Positions 55,307 to 64,000 of a stretch of 64,000 nt of DNA are shown in pieces (the stretch's first letter is position 1; each line of letters begins with the position of its first letter). The DNA is taken from positions 16,700 to 80,699 of the forward strand of contig JBHENC010000015.1 of NCBI GenBank assembly GCA_046262295.1, written 5' to 3'. This DNA comes from Pyrinomonadaceae bacterium (lineage in GTDB: Bacteria > Acidobacteriota > Blastocatellia > Pyrinomonadales > Pyrinomonadaceae). The notes under the pieces were generated by a model. That model had not been told where the DNA came from. It saw only the letters and a program-made list of their open reading frames with translations, and did not search any database. The position numbers and the translations under genes were made by a program.

Positions 55307-56731
55307 TTACAGGCCGAAGAAGCGTTTGATAGAGTTGAGCAGTCCGGCAGTCTCTTCGGCAGTTTCCTGCACGCTCTTTGAATTTGCGGCAAGGTGAGTG
55401 CGCCGTTCAGCGACGATCTCGCCAAGCGAATTGACAAGCTGTGGATTCGTGTCGAACAAAAGCTTCAACGCTTCGTGGCCGACTTCCAGCACTTCCGTTT
55501 CGTCTGCGGCGACGATGTTGGCGGTGCGCGGTTCGCCCGTCAATAATGCCATCTCGCCGAAAAAGTCGCCTTCGTCAAGCTGTGCGACGGTGAGCGGCGT
55601 TCCGTTATCGCTGATGCGGACTTCGACGCGCCCGCGATGCACGACGAACATGGACGAGCCTTCATCGCCCGCGTGGATGACGGTTTCGCCCGGCGCGTAG
55701 ACGTGGCTGGCGACGGCGCAGGCGAGCTTGCCGATCTCCTCCGGCGAGAGCGGCGAGAAGATGTCTACGGCTTTTAGCCGCTCGATGACTTCGTCGCCGT
55801 CCTTCGCCGCACCGTCCTTCGCCTCCCGCGTTAGATTGACGGTCAGCGTCGGCGAAGCAAACTGTAGTCTGGCGCGCTGGAAGGCATACCACACGCGCTG
55901 CCTGATGAGCGCATCCGTATCGTTGTAGCGCGCGAAATCGTCTAGCCAGTATTTGATCTCATACTCGACTTCGCTGCCCGCAAGGTTCTTGATGCGGACA
56001 ATGGGCGTCAGCTTTTGCGAAACGTTTTCCGTCTTGCGCACGGCTTCGCGCACAACTTTAATCGTCGTAACGGGCGAATCCGTATACGGGGCGCTGAATG
56101 AGACGGTTCGCGCGTTCAGATTAGTGCGCGGGCAGACTTCGATGGATTCCTTGGCGATGTTGCTGTTGCTGACAAGGACGATGTGGTTGGTGAAAGTTCT
56201 GATCTTGACGGCGCGCCACGTAATGCTTTCGACGACGCCCGTCCACTTGCCGACCATAATGACATCGCCGACCAGAAATGGATTGTCGGCATGAAGCGAG
56301 ACGCCCGCGAAAAGATTGCCGAGCGTATCTTGCAGCGCCAGACCGAGAATCACGCCGAAGATTGCGGAAGTCGTAAAGAGCGCGCCGAGTTGAATTGTCG
56401 GATAGAAAGTTTGGACGATCAGGGCGAAGAGCGCCACATACGCGATGATTGAAAAAATATTGCGGATCAGATTCGGCGCTTCATAGCCTTTGCGAAGGCG
56501 AAAAAAGAAGCTGAAGATGATTTCGTTGGCTAAGCGCACAAACACGAACGCGAGCGCAACGAAGGCCAGCGCCTCGGCCGCGTTTATGGTTTTCCCGTAT
56601 AAGCCGGTAGATGCCGGATATTTCGCGTAAAATGTTGGCGCTAAAGCGTAAAGCGCAGTAACCGCGAGTCCGGCCAGCAGGCTGGCGATGATCGGGAAAG
56701 TTAAGCGGCGTTTGAATTGAAGGAGATTCAC
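55307..56731 (-). CDS. MscS-family mechanosensitive channel with a C-terminal cyclic-nucleotide-binding domain
   Basis: 474 aa with an MscS core (GDVIMVGKWTGVVESITWRAVKIRT) and a cNMP domain (FFGEMALLTGEPRTANIVA). Confidence 0.85.
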   Translation of the reverse strand: MNLLQFKRRLTFPIIASLLAGLAVTALYALAPTFYAKYPASTGLYGKTINAAEALAFVALAFVFVRLANEIIFSFFFRLRKGYEAPNLIRNIFSIIAYVALFALIVQTFYPTIQLGALFTTSAIFGVILGLALQDTLGNLFAGVSLHADNPFLVGDVIMVGKWTGVVESITWRAVKIRTFTNHIVLVSNSNIAKESIEVCPRTNLNARTVSFSAPYTDSPVTTIKVVREAVRKTENVSQKLTPIVRIKNLAGSEVEYEIKYWLDDFARYNDTDALIRQRVWYAFQRARLQFASPTLTVNLTREAKDGAAKDGDEVIERLKAVDIFSPLSPEEIGKLACAVASHVYAPGETVIHAGDEGSSMFVVHRGRVEVRISDNGTPLTVAQLDEGDFFGEMALLTGEPRTANIVAADETEVLEVGHEALKLLFDTNPQLVNSLGEIVAERRTHLAANSKSVQETAEETAGLLNSIKRFFGL

Positions 56732-57031
56732 AGCAGCAATCTCGCGCGAAAAAAGAAGAACGCGCCACAGGGTAGTTACAGGATGGAAGAACGTCGCGGC
56801 GATTGTCCGGCCGCATTATGCGCGAGGGTTATACCTATGATCAAGACTTCTATTATAAACACGCTTCGCCCGCGCGTGAACCTTTGGGACGCTCGCCGTG
56901 CAAACACTTTTATCGCTGCGCCGCTTTGCGCCGACACCAGCCAGCAACTAGAATCAAAATCTTTTCGTCGCGCGTGCTCGAAAACTTTGCTCTTGATCTT
57001 ACACTAAGAGAGGTCAACAAAAGTATCCCCC

Positions 57032-57808
57032 GTGAAAATCCAACTCTTACCCAGCACCTTTGACATGAAAGGCTGCGCCACGCCGGAACAGCGGCTGACC
57101 TCTTTCGTGATTGACAACTCGGTCGTCATAGACGCCGGAAGCATTGCGATGGCGCTCAACGACGAGCAGCGCAACAACATACGCGATATTATCATCTCTC
57201 ACCCGCATATTGACCACGTCGCCTGTTTGCCGATCTTCATTGACGATCTTTTTGCGAGTCTGGAAGAGCCTGTGCGTGTTCACGCCACGCAGGAAGTGAT
57301 CGAACTGCTGGAGCGCGATATCTTCAACTGGACGGTCTATCCGCGTTTTTCGCAATTAAAGAATGATCGCTGCAATGTGATGGAGTATGTGCCGTTTCGC
57401 GTCGGCGAAGAGTTTCAGGTAAAGCACCTGCGCATCACCGCCGCCAACGTCAATCATTTTGTGCCGTGCGTCGGTCTGGTAGTTTCAGATGCTAAAGCGA
57501 CGGTGGCATTTACATCCGACACGGCGGAGACCGAAGGCTTCTGGGAAACCGTCAACAGCGTTGCGCCGCTCGATGCGCTCTTTATCGAAGCCTCATTCCC
57601 GAACGAATTCGAGAAACTCGCCGCCGCCTCCGGCCATCTGACTCCGCTCACGCTCAGCCGCGAACTCCTTAAACTTATGAGCGTGCCGCCCGATATTCTC
57701 GTCGTACATCTCAAGCCGAGTTACCGCGACCGAGTAATAAGCGAACTCGAAGCCCTCAAGATCAAGGGGTTGAGCGTGATGATGCCGGGGCAGATTTATG
57801 AATGGTAG
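57032..57808 (+). CDS. Class II 3',5'-cyclic-nucleotide phosphodiesterase-like metallo-beta-lactamase-fold protein
   Basis: 258 aa with a GTG start. Has the HPHIDH metal motif and an N-terminal LTSFVIDNSVVIDAGS. The context is the cyclase and the cNMP-gated channel. Confidence 0.65.
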   Translation: MKIQLLPSTFDMKGCATPEQRLTSFVIDNSVVIDAGSIAMALNDEQRNNIRDIIISHPHIDHVACLPIFIDDLFASLEEPVRVHATQEVIELLERDIFNWTVYPRFSQLKNDRCNVMEYVPFRVGEEFQVKHLRITAANVNHFVPCVGLVVSDAKATVAFTSDTAETEGFWETVNSVAPLDALFIEASFPNEFEKLAAASGHLTPLTLSRELLKLMSVPPDILVVHLKPSYRDRVISELEALKIKGLSVMMPGQIYEW

Positions 57809-57853
57809 GCGGACAACTTGATCGTCCGAAGATAGCCTGACGCTAATATCGAA

Positions 57854-57897
57854 GGCGGGTAGTTGCATCAAGATTTAATGCAACTACCCGCCTTTTT
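57854..57897 (+). terminator. Rho-independent terminator
   Basis: ggcgggtagttgcat (57854..57868) pairs with atgcaactacccgcc (57878..57892), followed by ttttt. It lies between the convergent phosphodiesterase and cytochrome genes. Confidence 0.75.
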
Positions 57898-57913
57898 ACT
57901 TACTCTTAACGGT

Positions 57914-60900
57914 TTACTTTTCCCCGTCGCGGCGGCGCGACCGGCGGCGACTTCTTCGCCAGCCGACGGCACAGGCGAATAGCCCGAGTCCGCCGATTAT
58001 CGCGGTGGTCTTCATGCGATGTTGCGGAGCCGAAAGACTCAATGAAATCGCTTTGAGTTTCTCGGCGGGCGAGCTGATTGCCTTGATCGTCGCGCTCTTT
58101 GTCGTGGTGCGTGGCGCGTTCGGCGGATCGTCGGAGACTGTGAACAGCTCGCCGCCGAGCAGATACATACGCTGCATCTCTTCGAGCGTAAATGGACGCG
58201 CACCACGACGGCCAAAGACGGCGGTTTGATTGCCGCTTTCATCAACGGCGCGGTCGCGGTCGAGTCCCTTGGAGATATAGAGCGCCTCGCCTTTGGTTTT
58301 GAAGGTTGAAATCAAACGAGGCTCGGGGCGCGGGCTAAATCCTGCATAGGTCGCCATCGTTTCGGGCGAGGTGATTTGCAGAATGCGCAGACCGTTTTTG
58401 CCGTCGGCAACATAAGCGAAGGCGCTCGCGTTGGTCATCGCAATCTTAACGTCGTGCGCATCCGTGATTTTGCCGTCGGCATCAAACATCTGATCGAGGC
58501 GTGGCTTCTCCGGGCGCTCCACGTTGATAATCGCCACGCCTTCTTTGCCGTTGGCGACGTAAGCGTAGGTGCGCGCGACGTAGACGCTGAGTGCTTCCTT
58601 GAGCGGCACGCCCGCGCCTTCGACGAGGCGTGCGCGTTCGGGCTTGGTGATGTCAACCACCTTCAAGCCTTCTTCGTCAACGACGAAACCGTAGCGGAAT
58701 TGCACGGCGAAGGCACGCGGATTCTTGAGCGCGGGCGCAGTAATCTGCGAAACGGTCTTCGGTTCGAGCGGGTTGTTGATGTCAACGACGAAGAGTCCCT
58801 TTTCGGTGGTGATGTAGGCGTGCGTGCCCGCGATGGTGATGTTGTTTGCGCCTTCGAGCGCGCCGCCGGGATTGAACGCGCCGTTTGGATGCTTCGCCGG
58901 ATCGAGCGCGCGTTTCAGGTAGTTGTTCAAAGGATCGCCGTCGAGCAGCGTCGCGGCGTTGACGAGAATCAAGCCTTCGTATTTGTCAACGACATACAGG
59001 AAAGCGTAGAGCAGGTGAATCGGCTGCTCTTCATTGATGGGGTTGTGCGTGCGTGCCGGATCAACGCCGAGCGTCGTGGGCGCAGCGACGGCCGTTGCAT
59101 ACTTCGTCTTTACGTAGAATTTCTGGCCGAAGCGTGAAACGGGTGCGGTGGTGATGCGCTCACTAAATCCCTTATGATCTATCTGCGCGACATCGTAGAT
59201 GCGCAAGCCGCCTTCGCCTGCCGCGACGTAAGCGTATTCGCCGCGCAGTTGGACTTGCAGCGCGCGCGGATTGCCGACGTGCTCGAAAGCGGTCTTCAAT
59301 TCGCGCCCTTCTCGTTCAAACTTCGCGTAGCTGTCGGGATAAGCGACTTTGTGAAGCGTGCTGCCGATCACGGCCTGCGGTTCGGTGCGTTCCGTGACGG
59401 GCACGACTTCGAGCGCATCGTCGGCGGCGATATAAATATAGCGCCCCATGAAGTTGACGAAGTTTGTGCCCTGCAACATTAGTTGCGCCATCCATGCGTT
59501 GTTATCGTTGTTCTTCGAGACGTGGCAATCCGTGCAGCCCTTCGTCTCGGTCGCGCGAACGGTGTGCGGAACGTGCGTATTGAATGCCTGCCCGCTGTAA
59601 CCTTCGGAAGAGATGGTCTGCTGCTGCGAATAAATCCACTCGCGGTTTTGATTCTGCGAACTGACGAGAATTGCCGATGACGAACGCACCGGCGCAATGC
59701 GGTGGCCGGTCACCGTGCCGTCGCGCCCGAGCATAAAGACATCGTCGCGCAGCACTTGGAAATTATAGGTCGTGAAGTTGCGCGAATTATCGCCTTCGTT
59801 GTGGCGATTCGGCATCTTGCGGTTGGCCTGCATCGAAAGATGGCAGCCGAAACAGCTGGTCATCCAAGACGAGTGGCAGGCGTAACAGGTCATATCGCTG
59901 TCTTTGTGCGCGAGTTCCTTTTCGTCCTTCGGCACATCGCCCCATGTTTGATTGTCCGTGCGAATGGTTTTCGCGTAAGCGGATTTCTGGTTGTAGTCTG
60001 GATTGTCCGTGCCGTCCGGGTTCTTCGGCGTGACGGAGTCAATCGTTTGCTTGACTCTCCACCACATACCGGGTTCGACGACGGAGTTCTGGACGATCTG
60101 GCCTTCCTTTATCTGCACTTCCTTTTTCGTCGTGGGATCAATCTTCGTCAGGGGGCCGCGCTGGAAGATGGAGATGTGTTTGCCTTTGGCATCGAGCGCG
60201 TAATAGGTGTCAATCTCGTCGCCGCTCGCCTGTCGTTTGGTTAAATCGCGCCCGGCAGTGCGGTTAATGATCTTGCCGTTGAAGAGTCCCTGTCCGGCGG
60301 CGGGGCCACTGGTCATCAGCGTCGCGCGTTTTTGAATTGTGCCGTGACAATCAATGCAGCCGATTTCAATGGCGGCGCGCGGTTCGTTGTAGAGATTGCC
60401 GTTGCCGTGCGTGTCCTGACTGAAGTGGCAATCGGCGCAGTGCATTCCTTTCTCAAGGTGTATGTCCTTGAGATGAACGGGCATTCCGTCTTTAATTGAC
60501 TCGTTCTTTAACTCGTGGTTGTCCGAATCGCGGAAGGCGGCGGCTTCGCGCATCGTCTTGCCGTCGGGTTGCGGCATGACCTTGCCTTTGGCGTCAAGAA
60601 ATTCGCCGTTTCTATTTCTTTTGAAGACGGTGCGGAAAAGCCAGCCGTGACCGTGAAAGTCTGCGAGCTGCGTGCGCTTTAGTTGATCGTTGAATTCGGG
60701 CGTGCCGGTCTTGGCTAAGAAATCCCTGTCAGACCATTTGCCGCGAAGGCTCGACGCTTCCGGGTTATGGTTGAGCTTGTACTGTTCCTCATCCTGCGAC
60801 GGCGTGTGCTGCTTGTCCAGATACATTTTGTCGCCGTCTGTTTCGTTGTCCCACCACGTCATGCCGTAGTAGGTGGCGACCATATTTGTGCCGGGATGCA

Positions 60901-62152
60901 TATGGCAGACCATGCACTGCGAAGACGGAATGCGGCTCGTGAAAGTATGTTTGATCGGGTGTCCCGGTTCATCGCGCGGGATGCTTTGGTCGGCGGATTT
61001 GGTTGTGCCTTCGTTGCCGATGTCCGCGTAGATGGATGAATGCACGGGGCTACGATCATTGGCGTAAACGGTATGGCAGGCCGTGCAGCCGGAGGAACGG
61101 TAATCGCCCGGCCAATCATTCGTGCCCAGAAAGCTGAGCAGCGGATCGAGGAGGCGCGTTTTTTGCAGGCCGAGATAGACGGGGTCTGTGCGTTGCAGCG
61201 TGCCGAGTCCGCGGGGGCTTAAACCTTTGTCGGGCTTGCCGGGGTCTTCGTCTCTGTCAGGCAAACCGACTTCGAGCCGCCGCCGTCCGCCGCGTTCAAA
61301 GACGCGCAGCACATTGCCGGGCTGCGAAATCTCCCAGCGCGGAAGCGGTTGCAGAAAAGTGAGTATCCCTTTGAACTTCGTTTCCTGCGCGGTCGGATGC
61401 GGCAGCCGCCAGAGTTCCTGCGGCGCGCCGTCTTCCGAATAGCTTTCGCCGAAGCGCGTGTCTTTCAACGGATAACCACCGTTATTATAAAGCGCCGCGC
61501 CCCACAGCATCGCGCCGTGTACGTGCATACTCGATGCGACGTGCTCGGATTCTTTGGAGTGGCAACCGCCGCAGGTCTGGCGCGCCACGCGCATATCGCC
61601 CGGATTTACAAAGCGAACAAATTCATAACTCTCTCGGAGAATATCCGCGTTGGTGTTTTCCGGGTTGGAGCTTGTCGCTTTGCCGTTGCGTTGCCAACGC
61701 TCCGGGAAGCGTGGCTTAACGTGCGAATCTTCGGCGGTCGTCCCAAACGGATTGCCGCCATGACAGGCCGTGCAACTGAGTCCGATTCCGTCTTTGCCCT
61801 GCGCATCAATCTTCGCTTTGCCTTCTTGTCCCTGCGGCACGTGCATCGGTTCGATGTCTTTGTGACAGACGACGCAGCCCTCGACTTTGGGCGAGTTGTC
61901 ATCCGTCGCTTTCGCCGGGGCGGTGGCCGCCGTTGCGGTCGCTGTGCCGGACGCTGGCGCAGGTTTGGCGGACGGCGTCTGCGCATCGTCGGTTGACGCG
62001 GTTTCGCGTGAAGCGGTCGCGCCGCCTTTCGCTTTGACGATTGTGCCGGACGAGCGTGCGCCGATTAAGACGACGCTGAGCGCCAGCGCGATGACGGCGA
62101 GAAGCGAAACGATCTTGATGCGATTGATGGTGCTGATACGGTGCGGGTGCAT
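57914..62152 (-). CDS. Decaheme c-type cytochrome fused to an LVIVD-repeat beta-propeller, with a C-terminal TM anchor and a poly-Arg tail
   Basis: 1412 aa from [28 protein letters not shown], with a GAGGAAG ribosome-binding site. There are ten CxxCH motifs (CVVCH, CTACH, CGGCH, CTACH, CMVCH, CADCH, CIDCH, CYACH, CFGCH, CTDCH) at about 59522..61876. There are six LVIVD-like repeats ([93 protein letters not shown]) at about 58364..59257. The tail reads [25 protein letters not shown]. Confidence 0.85.
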   Translation of the reverse strand: MHPHRISTINRIKIVSLLAVIALALSVVLIGARSSGTIVKAKGGATASRETASTDDAQTPSAKPAPASGTATATAATAPAKATDDNSPKVEGCVVCHKDIEPMHVPQGQEGKAKIDAQGKDGIGLSCTACHGGNPFGTTAEDSHVKPRFPERWQRNGKATSSNPENTNADILRESYEFVRFVNPGDMRVARQTCGGCHSKESEHVASSMHVHGAMLWGAALYNNGGYPLKDTRFGESYSEDGAPQELWRLPHPTAQETKFKGILTFLQPLPRWEISQPGNVLRVFERGGRRRLEVGLPDRDEDPGKPDKGLSPRGLGTLQRTDPVYLGLQKTRLLDPLLSFLGTNDWPGDYRSSGCTACHTVYANDRSPVHSSIYADIGNEGTTKSADQSIPRDEPGHPIKHTFTSRIPSSQCMVCHMHPGTNMVATYYGMTWWDNETDGDKMYLDKQHTPSQDEEQYKLNHNPEASSLRGKWSDRDFLAKTGTPEFNDQLKRTQLADFHGHGWLFRTVFKRNRNGEFLDAKGKVMPQPDGKTMREAAAFRDSDNHELKNESIKDGMPVHLKDIHLEKGMHCADCHFSQDTHGNGNLYNEPRAAIEIGCIDCHGTIQKRATLMTSGPAAGQGLFNGKIINRTAGRDLTKRQASGDEIDTYYALDAKGKHISIFQRGPLTKIDPTTKKEVQIKEGQIVQNSVVEPGMWWRVKQTIDSVTPKNPDGTDNPDYNQKSAYAKTIRTDNQTWGDVPKDEKELAHKDSDMTCYACHSSWMTSCFGCHLSMQANRKMPNRHNEGDNSRNFTTYNFQVLRDDVFMLGRDGTVTGHRIAPVRSSSAILVSSQNQNREWIYSQQQTISSEGYSGQAFNTHVPHTVRATETKGCTDCHVSKNNDNNAWMAQLMLQGTNFVNFMGRYIYIAADDALEVVPVTERTEPQAVIGSTLHKVAYPDSYAKFEREGRELKTAFEHVGNPRALQVQLRGEYAYVAAGEGGLRIYDVAQIDHKGFSERITTAPVSRFGQKFYVKTKYATAVAAPTTLGVDPARTHNPINEEQPIHLLYAFLYVVDKYEGLILVNAATLLDGDPLNNYLKRALDPAKHPNGAFNPGGALEGANNITIAGTHAYITTEKGLFVVDINNPLEPKTVSQITAPALKNPRAFAVQFRYGFVVDEEGLKVVDITKPERARLVEGAGVPLKEALSVYVARTYAYVANGKEGVAIINVERPEKPRLDQMFDADGKITDAHDVKIAMTNASAFAYVADGKNGLRILQITSPETMATYAGFSPRPEPRLISTFKTKGEALYISKGLDRDRAVDESGNQTAVFGRRGARPFTLEEMQRMYLLGGELFTVSDDPPNAPRTTTKSATIKAISSPAEKLKAISLSLSAPQHRMKTTAIIGGLGLFACAVGWRRSRRRSRRRDGEK

Positions 62153-62175
62153 AAAAAGCTTCCTCAAGAGAGGGT

Positions 62176-64000
62176 TTAGAATGTGAATCTGACTTGGGCG
62201 AAAAGGGAATAGAGCGGCTTGCGCGGATTGATGATGCTCGGCGCGCAATAGTCTATGACGTTTGCGGGACAGTTGCGCCCCTCGTCCGTAAAGATGTCGC
62301 GGAAGCCGCGTCCGGGCACGAGCGTCGCCGCGCCGAAAGTCAGCGTGACGTTGTTGATGAGCAGCGGGCGATAAGCGAGGCCGACGCTGTAATCAAAGCC
62401 TATGTCTTTGCGCACGCGCGGCTGAAAGAGTACGTACTTGAGAGATTCCGTTTTGTCGAAGCGCATATAGTTGGCGTTGATGATTACTTTGGCGCGCTGC
62501 GTTAAGTCTATATCAAGGCCAGCGTTGTAAATGTAGATACCCGGATTGACGAAGTTCGCCTGTCCCTGCGTTTTACTGCTGCGCAAGGAAGGTATAATGC
62601 TGTTCGGCTGAACAAGGCCGACGCCGGTTTGCACGAGCCGTATGCCCTGACGATTCCAGAAAGAGAATTGCCCGCCGATGAAATTCGGATCATCGAAGAT
62701 GGCATCGAATCCGGTGGCCTTGCCGTCGGTCGGGTTCTTGTCGCCGGAAGCGTAAAAGAAGGATGTGCGGAAGCGCAAAAAGTCTTTGTCGAGCGACGCT
62801 TCGACCGCGCCCATTTCCGCCCGGATGTGCGTGGGACGCCCGGCAATCGGGTTGCGGGTATCGCGTCCGAGGGCAACATAAAAAGAGTTCGTCAGATTGA
62901 TGCGCCCGACGTGACCATCACCGCTGAAGCCCAGGTAGCCGACGTTGACCGTATGCGGACGCACATCGCCGATCTGCGCGGGGCGCACGAGAAAACCGTT
63001 ACGGTCGAATTCGATGCCGCCCCGGTCGTTGTTGAAATGAAAACTTAGCTGCGCGGTATAGCCTTTTGTCAGAAAGTCTTGACGAAAGATATTGGCGATG
63101 TAGACATTCTGGCGGCGGCGGTCGAAACGATTGAGGCCGCTGTTGGTGTCTTTTTCGAGTTGCGCGAAATAGGCGGCGTTAAATTGATATTGGTTATTAG
63201 CGAAGCCGCCGAAGATGCGCGCGCCCAAGTTGTTATCTGAATAAATGAAGCCGCGAAAGTCCGACACGAAGGGCTGAATACCCGCGCGCACGGAGATAAA
63301 ATCGAAGTTGGCATTGGTGTCTTCGATCTTGGCTTCGGCGAAGGCTTCTTCGAGAGAGAATTGCGTATCGCTGCGATTATTGCCGCGCCGGACGTCAACA
63401 TTAATGTTTCCGGTTTCGCGCGTGCGTATGTAGTTCGGCACGCTGAATGTCGGAGAAATCTTGATCGCCCAGTTGCGTGGCTTGAAACTCGTGTCGCCGC
63501 TAAACATCTCGAAAGTGAATTGCAGTATGTTATTGGCCGCGAGTTGTTCGGGGCGACCGAAGAATTCGGAACTCACGGGCAGCGCGCTGTTCTGGCCTGA
63601 CGGAGTCGGCAGTCGCCGCTGCTCTATGCTTTCTGTCGCGGTGGCCGACAGAATCACAAAAACGCTGTTGCCGAAGAATGGATAATCGCCCTTCAGTTTG
63701 TTTTGATTATAAGGGTCTAACCAGTGTCCTTTTTTGAAAGGGACGTCGCGCCCGCGCGCGCCTTTGTCGCCGTAGCGGTCGTATTCCGGGAAGCCTATGC
63801 GCCAGCGGTCGCGGACGGCGCGGCGGTTTGGCGCAATCTGCGGTTCGGACGGCACGGTAACGCCCCCGGCATAACCGAGCGGCGCATCCGGCGTTTCAGG
63901 ATTGGCGGGAAGCAAACTTGTAGAAGTGGCAGCGGCGGCCGGAAGGCGGGCGGTTTCGCTGGTCTTCGGCATGACGCCGCTTTCTTTCGCGTCAGACTTT
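62176..64000 (-). CDS. Putative outer-membrane beta-barrel protein; 5' end lies beyond the window
   Basis: More than 600 aa and rich in alternating aromatic/polar strands. It ends ...[11 protein letters not shown] (aromatic C-terminal residue typical of OMPs). The reading frame stays open upstream of the listed Met to position 64000. It stops 23 nt before the cytochrome gene. Confidence 0.55.
   Translation of the reverse strand, partial: KSDAKESGVMPKTSETARLPAAAATSTSLLPANPETPDAPLGYAGGVTVPSEPQIAPNRRAVRDRWRIGFPEYDRYGDKGARGRDVPFKKGHWLDPYNQNKLKGDYPFFGNSVFVILSATATESIEQRRLPTPSGQNSALPVSSEFFGRPEQLAANNILQFTFEMFSGDTSFKPRNWAIKISPTFSVPNYIRTRETGNINVDVRRGNNRSDTQFSLEEAFAEAKIEDTNANFDFISVRAGIQPFVSDFRGFIYSDNNLGARIFGGFANNQYQFNAAYFAQLEKDTNSGLNRFDRRRQNVYIANIFRQDFLTKGYTAQLSFHFNNDRGGIEFDRNGFLVRPAQIGDVRPHTVNVGYLGFSGDGHVGRINLTNSFYVALGRDTRNPIAGRPTHIRAEMGAVEASLDKDFLRFRTSFFYASGDKNPTDGKATGFDAIFDDPNFIGGQFSFWNRQGIRLVQTGVGLVQPNSIIPSLRSSKTQGQANFVNPGIYIYNAGLDIDLTQRAKVIINANYMRFDKTESLKYVLFQPRVRKDIGFDYSVGLAYRPLLINNVTLTFGAATLVPGRGFRDIFTDEGRNCPANVIDYCAPSIINPRKPLYSLFAQVRFTF

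Noticed and set aside
56848-56930. A TATAAACAC-containing segment in the MscS/PDE divergent region that resembles the REP-like units at 9.1 kb.
   Set aside because: Similarity is limited to the 8-nt box. The following sequence does not form the 5-bp GC stem-loop seen in the four clear units.

Overview
This 64 kb chromosomal segment comes from a high-GC Gram-negative bacterium. Gene content suggests Acidobacteriota: a VWFA-related domain protein, a DUF1800/DUF1501 pair, many TPR proteins and frequent GTG/TTG starts. That assignment is an inference, not a database result. Most of the window is housekeeping: queC-queE, birA-coaX, an rRNA methyltransferase, comEC/comEA, ftsK, prfB with its programmed +1 frameshift, lnt, rpiB-gnd, tRNA-Glu and tRNA-Lys.

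Several accessory modules are embedded in it:
1. A two-cassette array with two clear integron attC sites and no integrase in the window (7.78-8.96 kb). It is followed by a block of four REP-like hairpin units.
2. A 32/34 bp RNA hairpin built from inverted heptamer arrays that buries the queC start codon.
3. An arsenic island: arsR plus a CDF-like gene, divergent from arsI, an aquaporin gene and arsC.
4. A four-gene signalling operon on the minus strand: an NtrC-type sigma54 activator, a REC-histidine kinase, a REC-HD-GYP-HDOD protein and a CheY-like protein. A sigma54-type promoter candidate sits inside it.
5. A self-contained cAMP circuit: CHASE2-adenylate cyclase, a DUF928-like secreted protein, a cNMP-gated MscS channel and a class II phosphodiesterase.
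6. At the right edge, a putative outer-membrane beta-barrel gene followed by a 1412-aa decaheme c-type cytochrome fused to an LVIVD beta-propeller with a C-terminal anchor. I rate this the most interesting candidate system, but it is cut by the window edge.

Three genes (a DUF4268 cassette ORF, modB and a PhzF-family gene) carry single-base frame disruptions. No CRISPR array, rRNA, transposase or integrase was seen. All calls rest on reading the translations and the sequence by eye; no searches were run.
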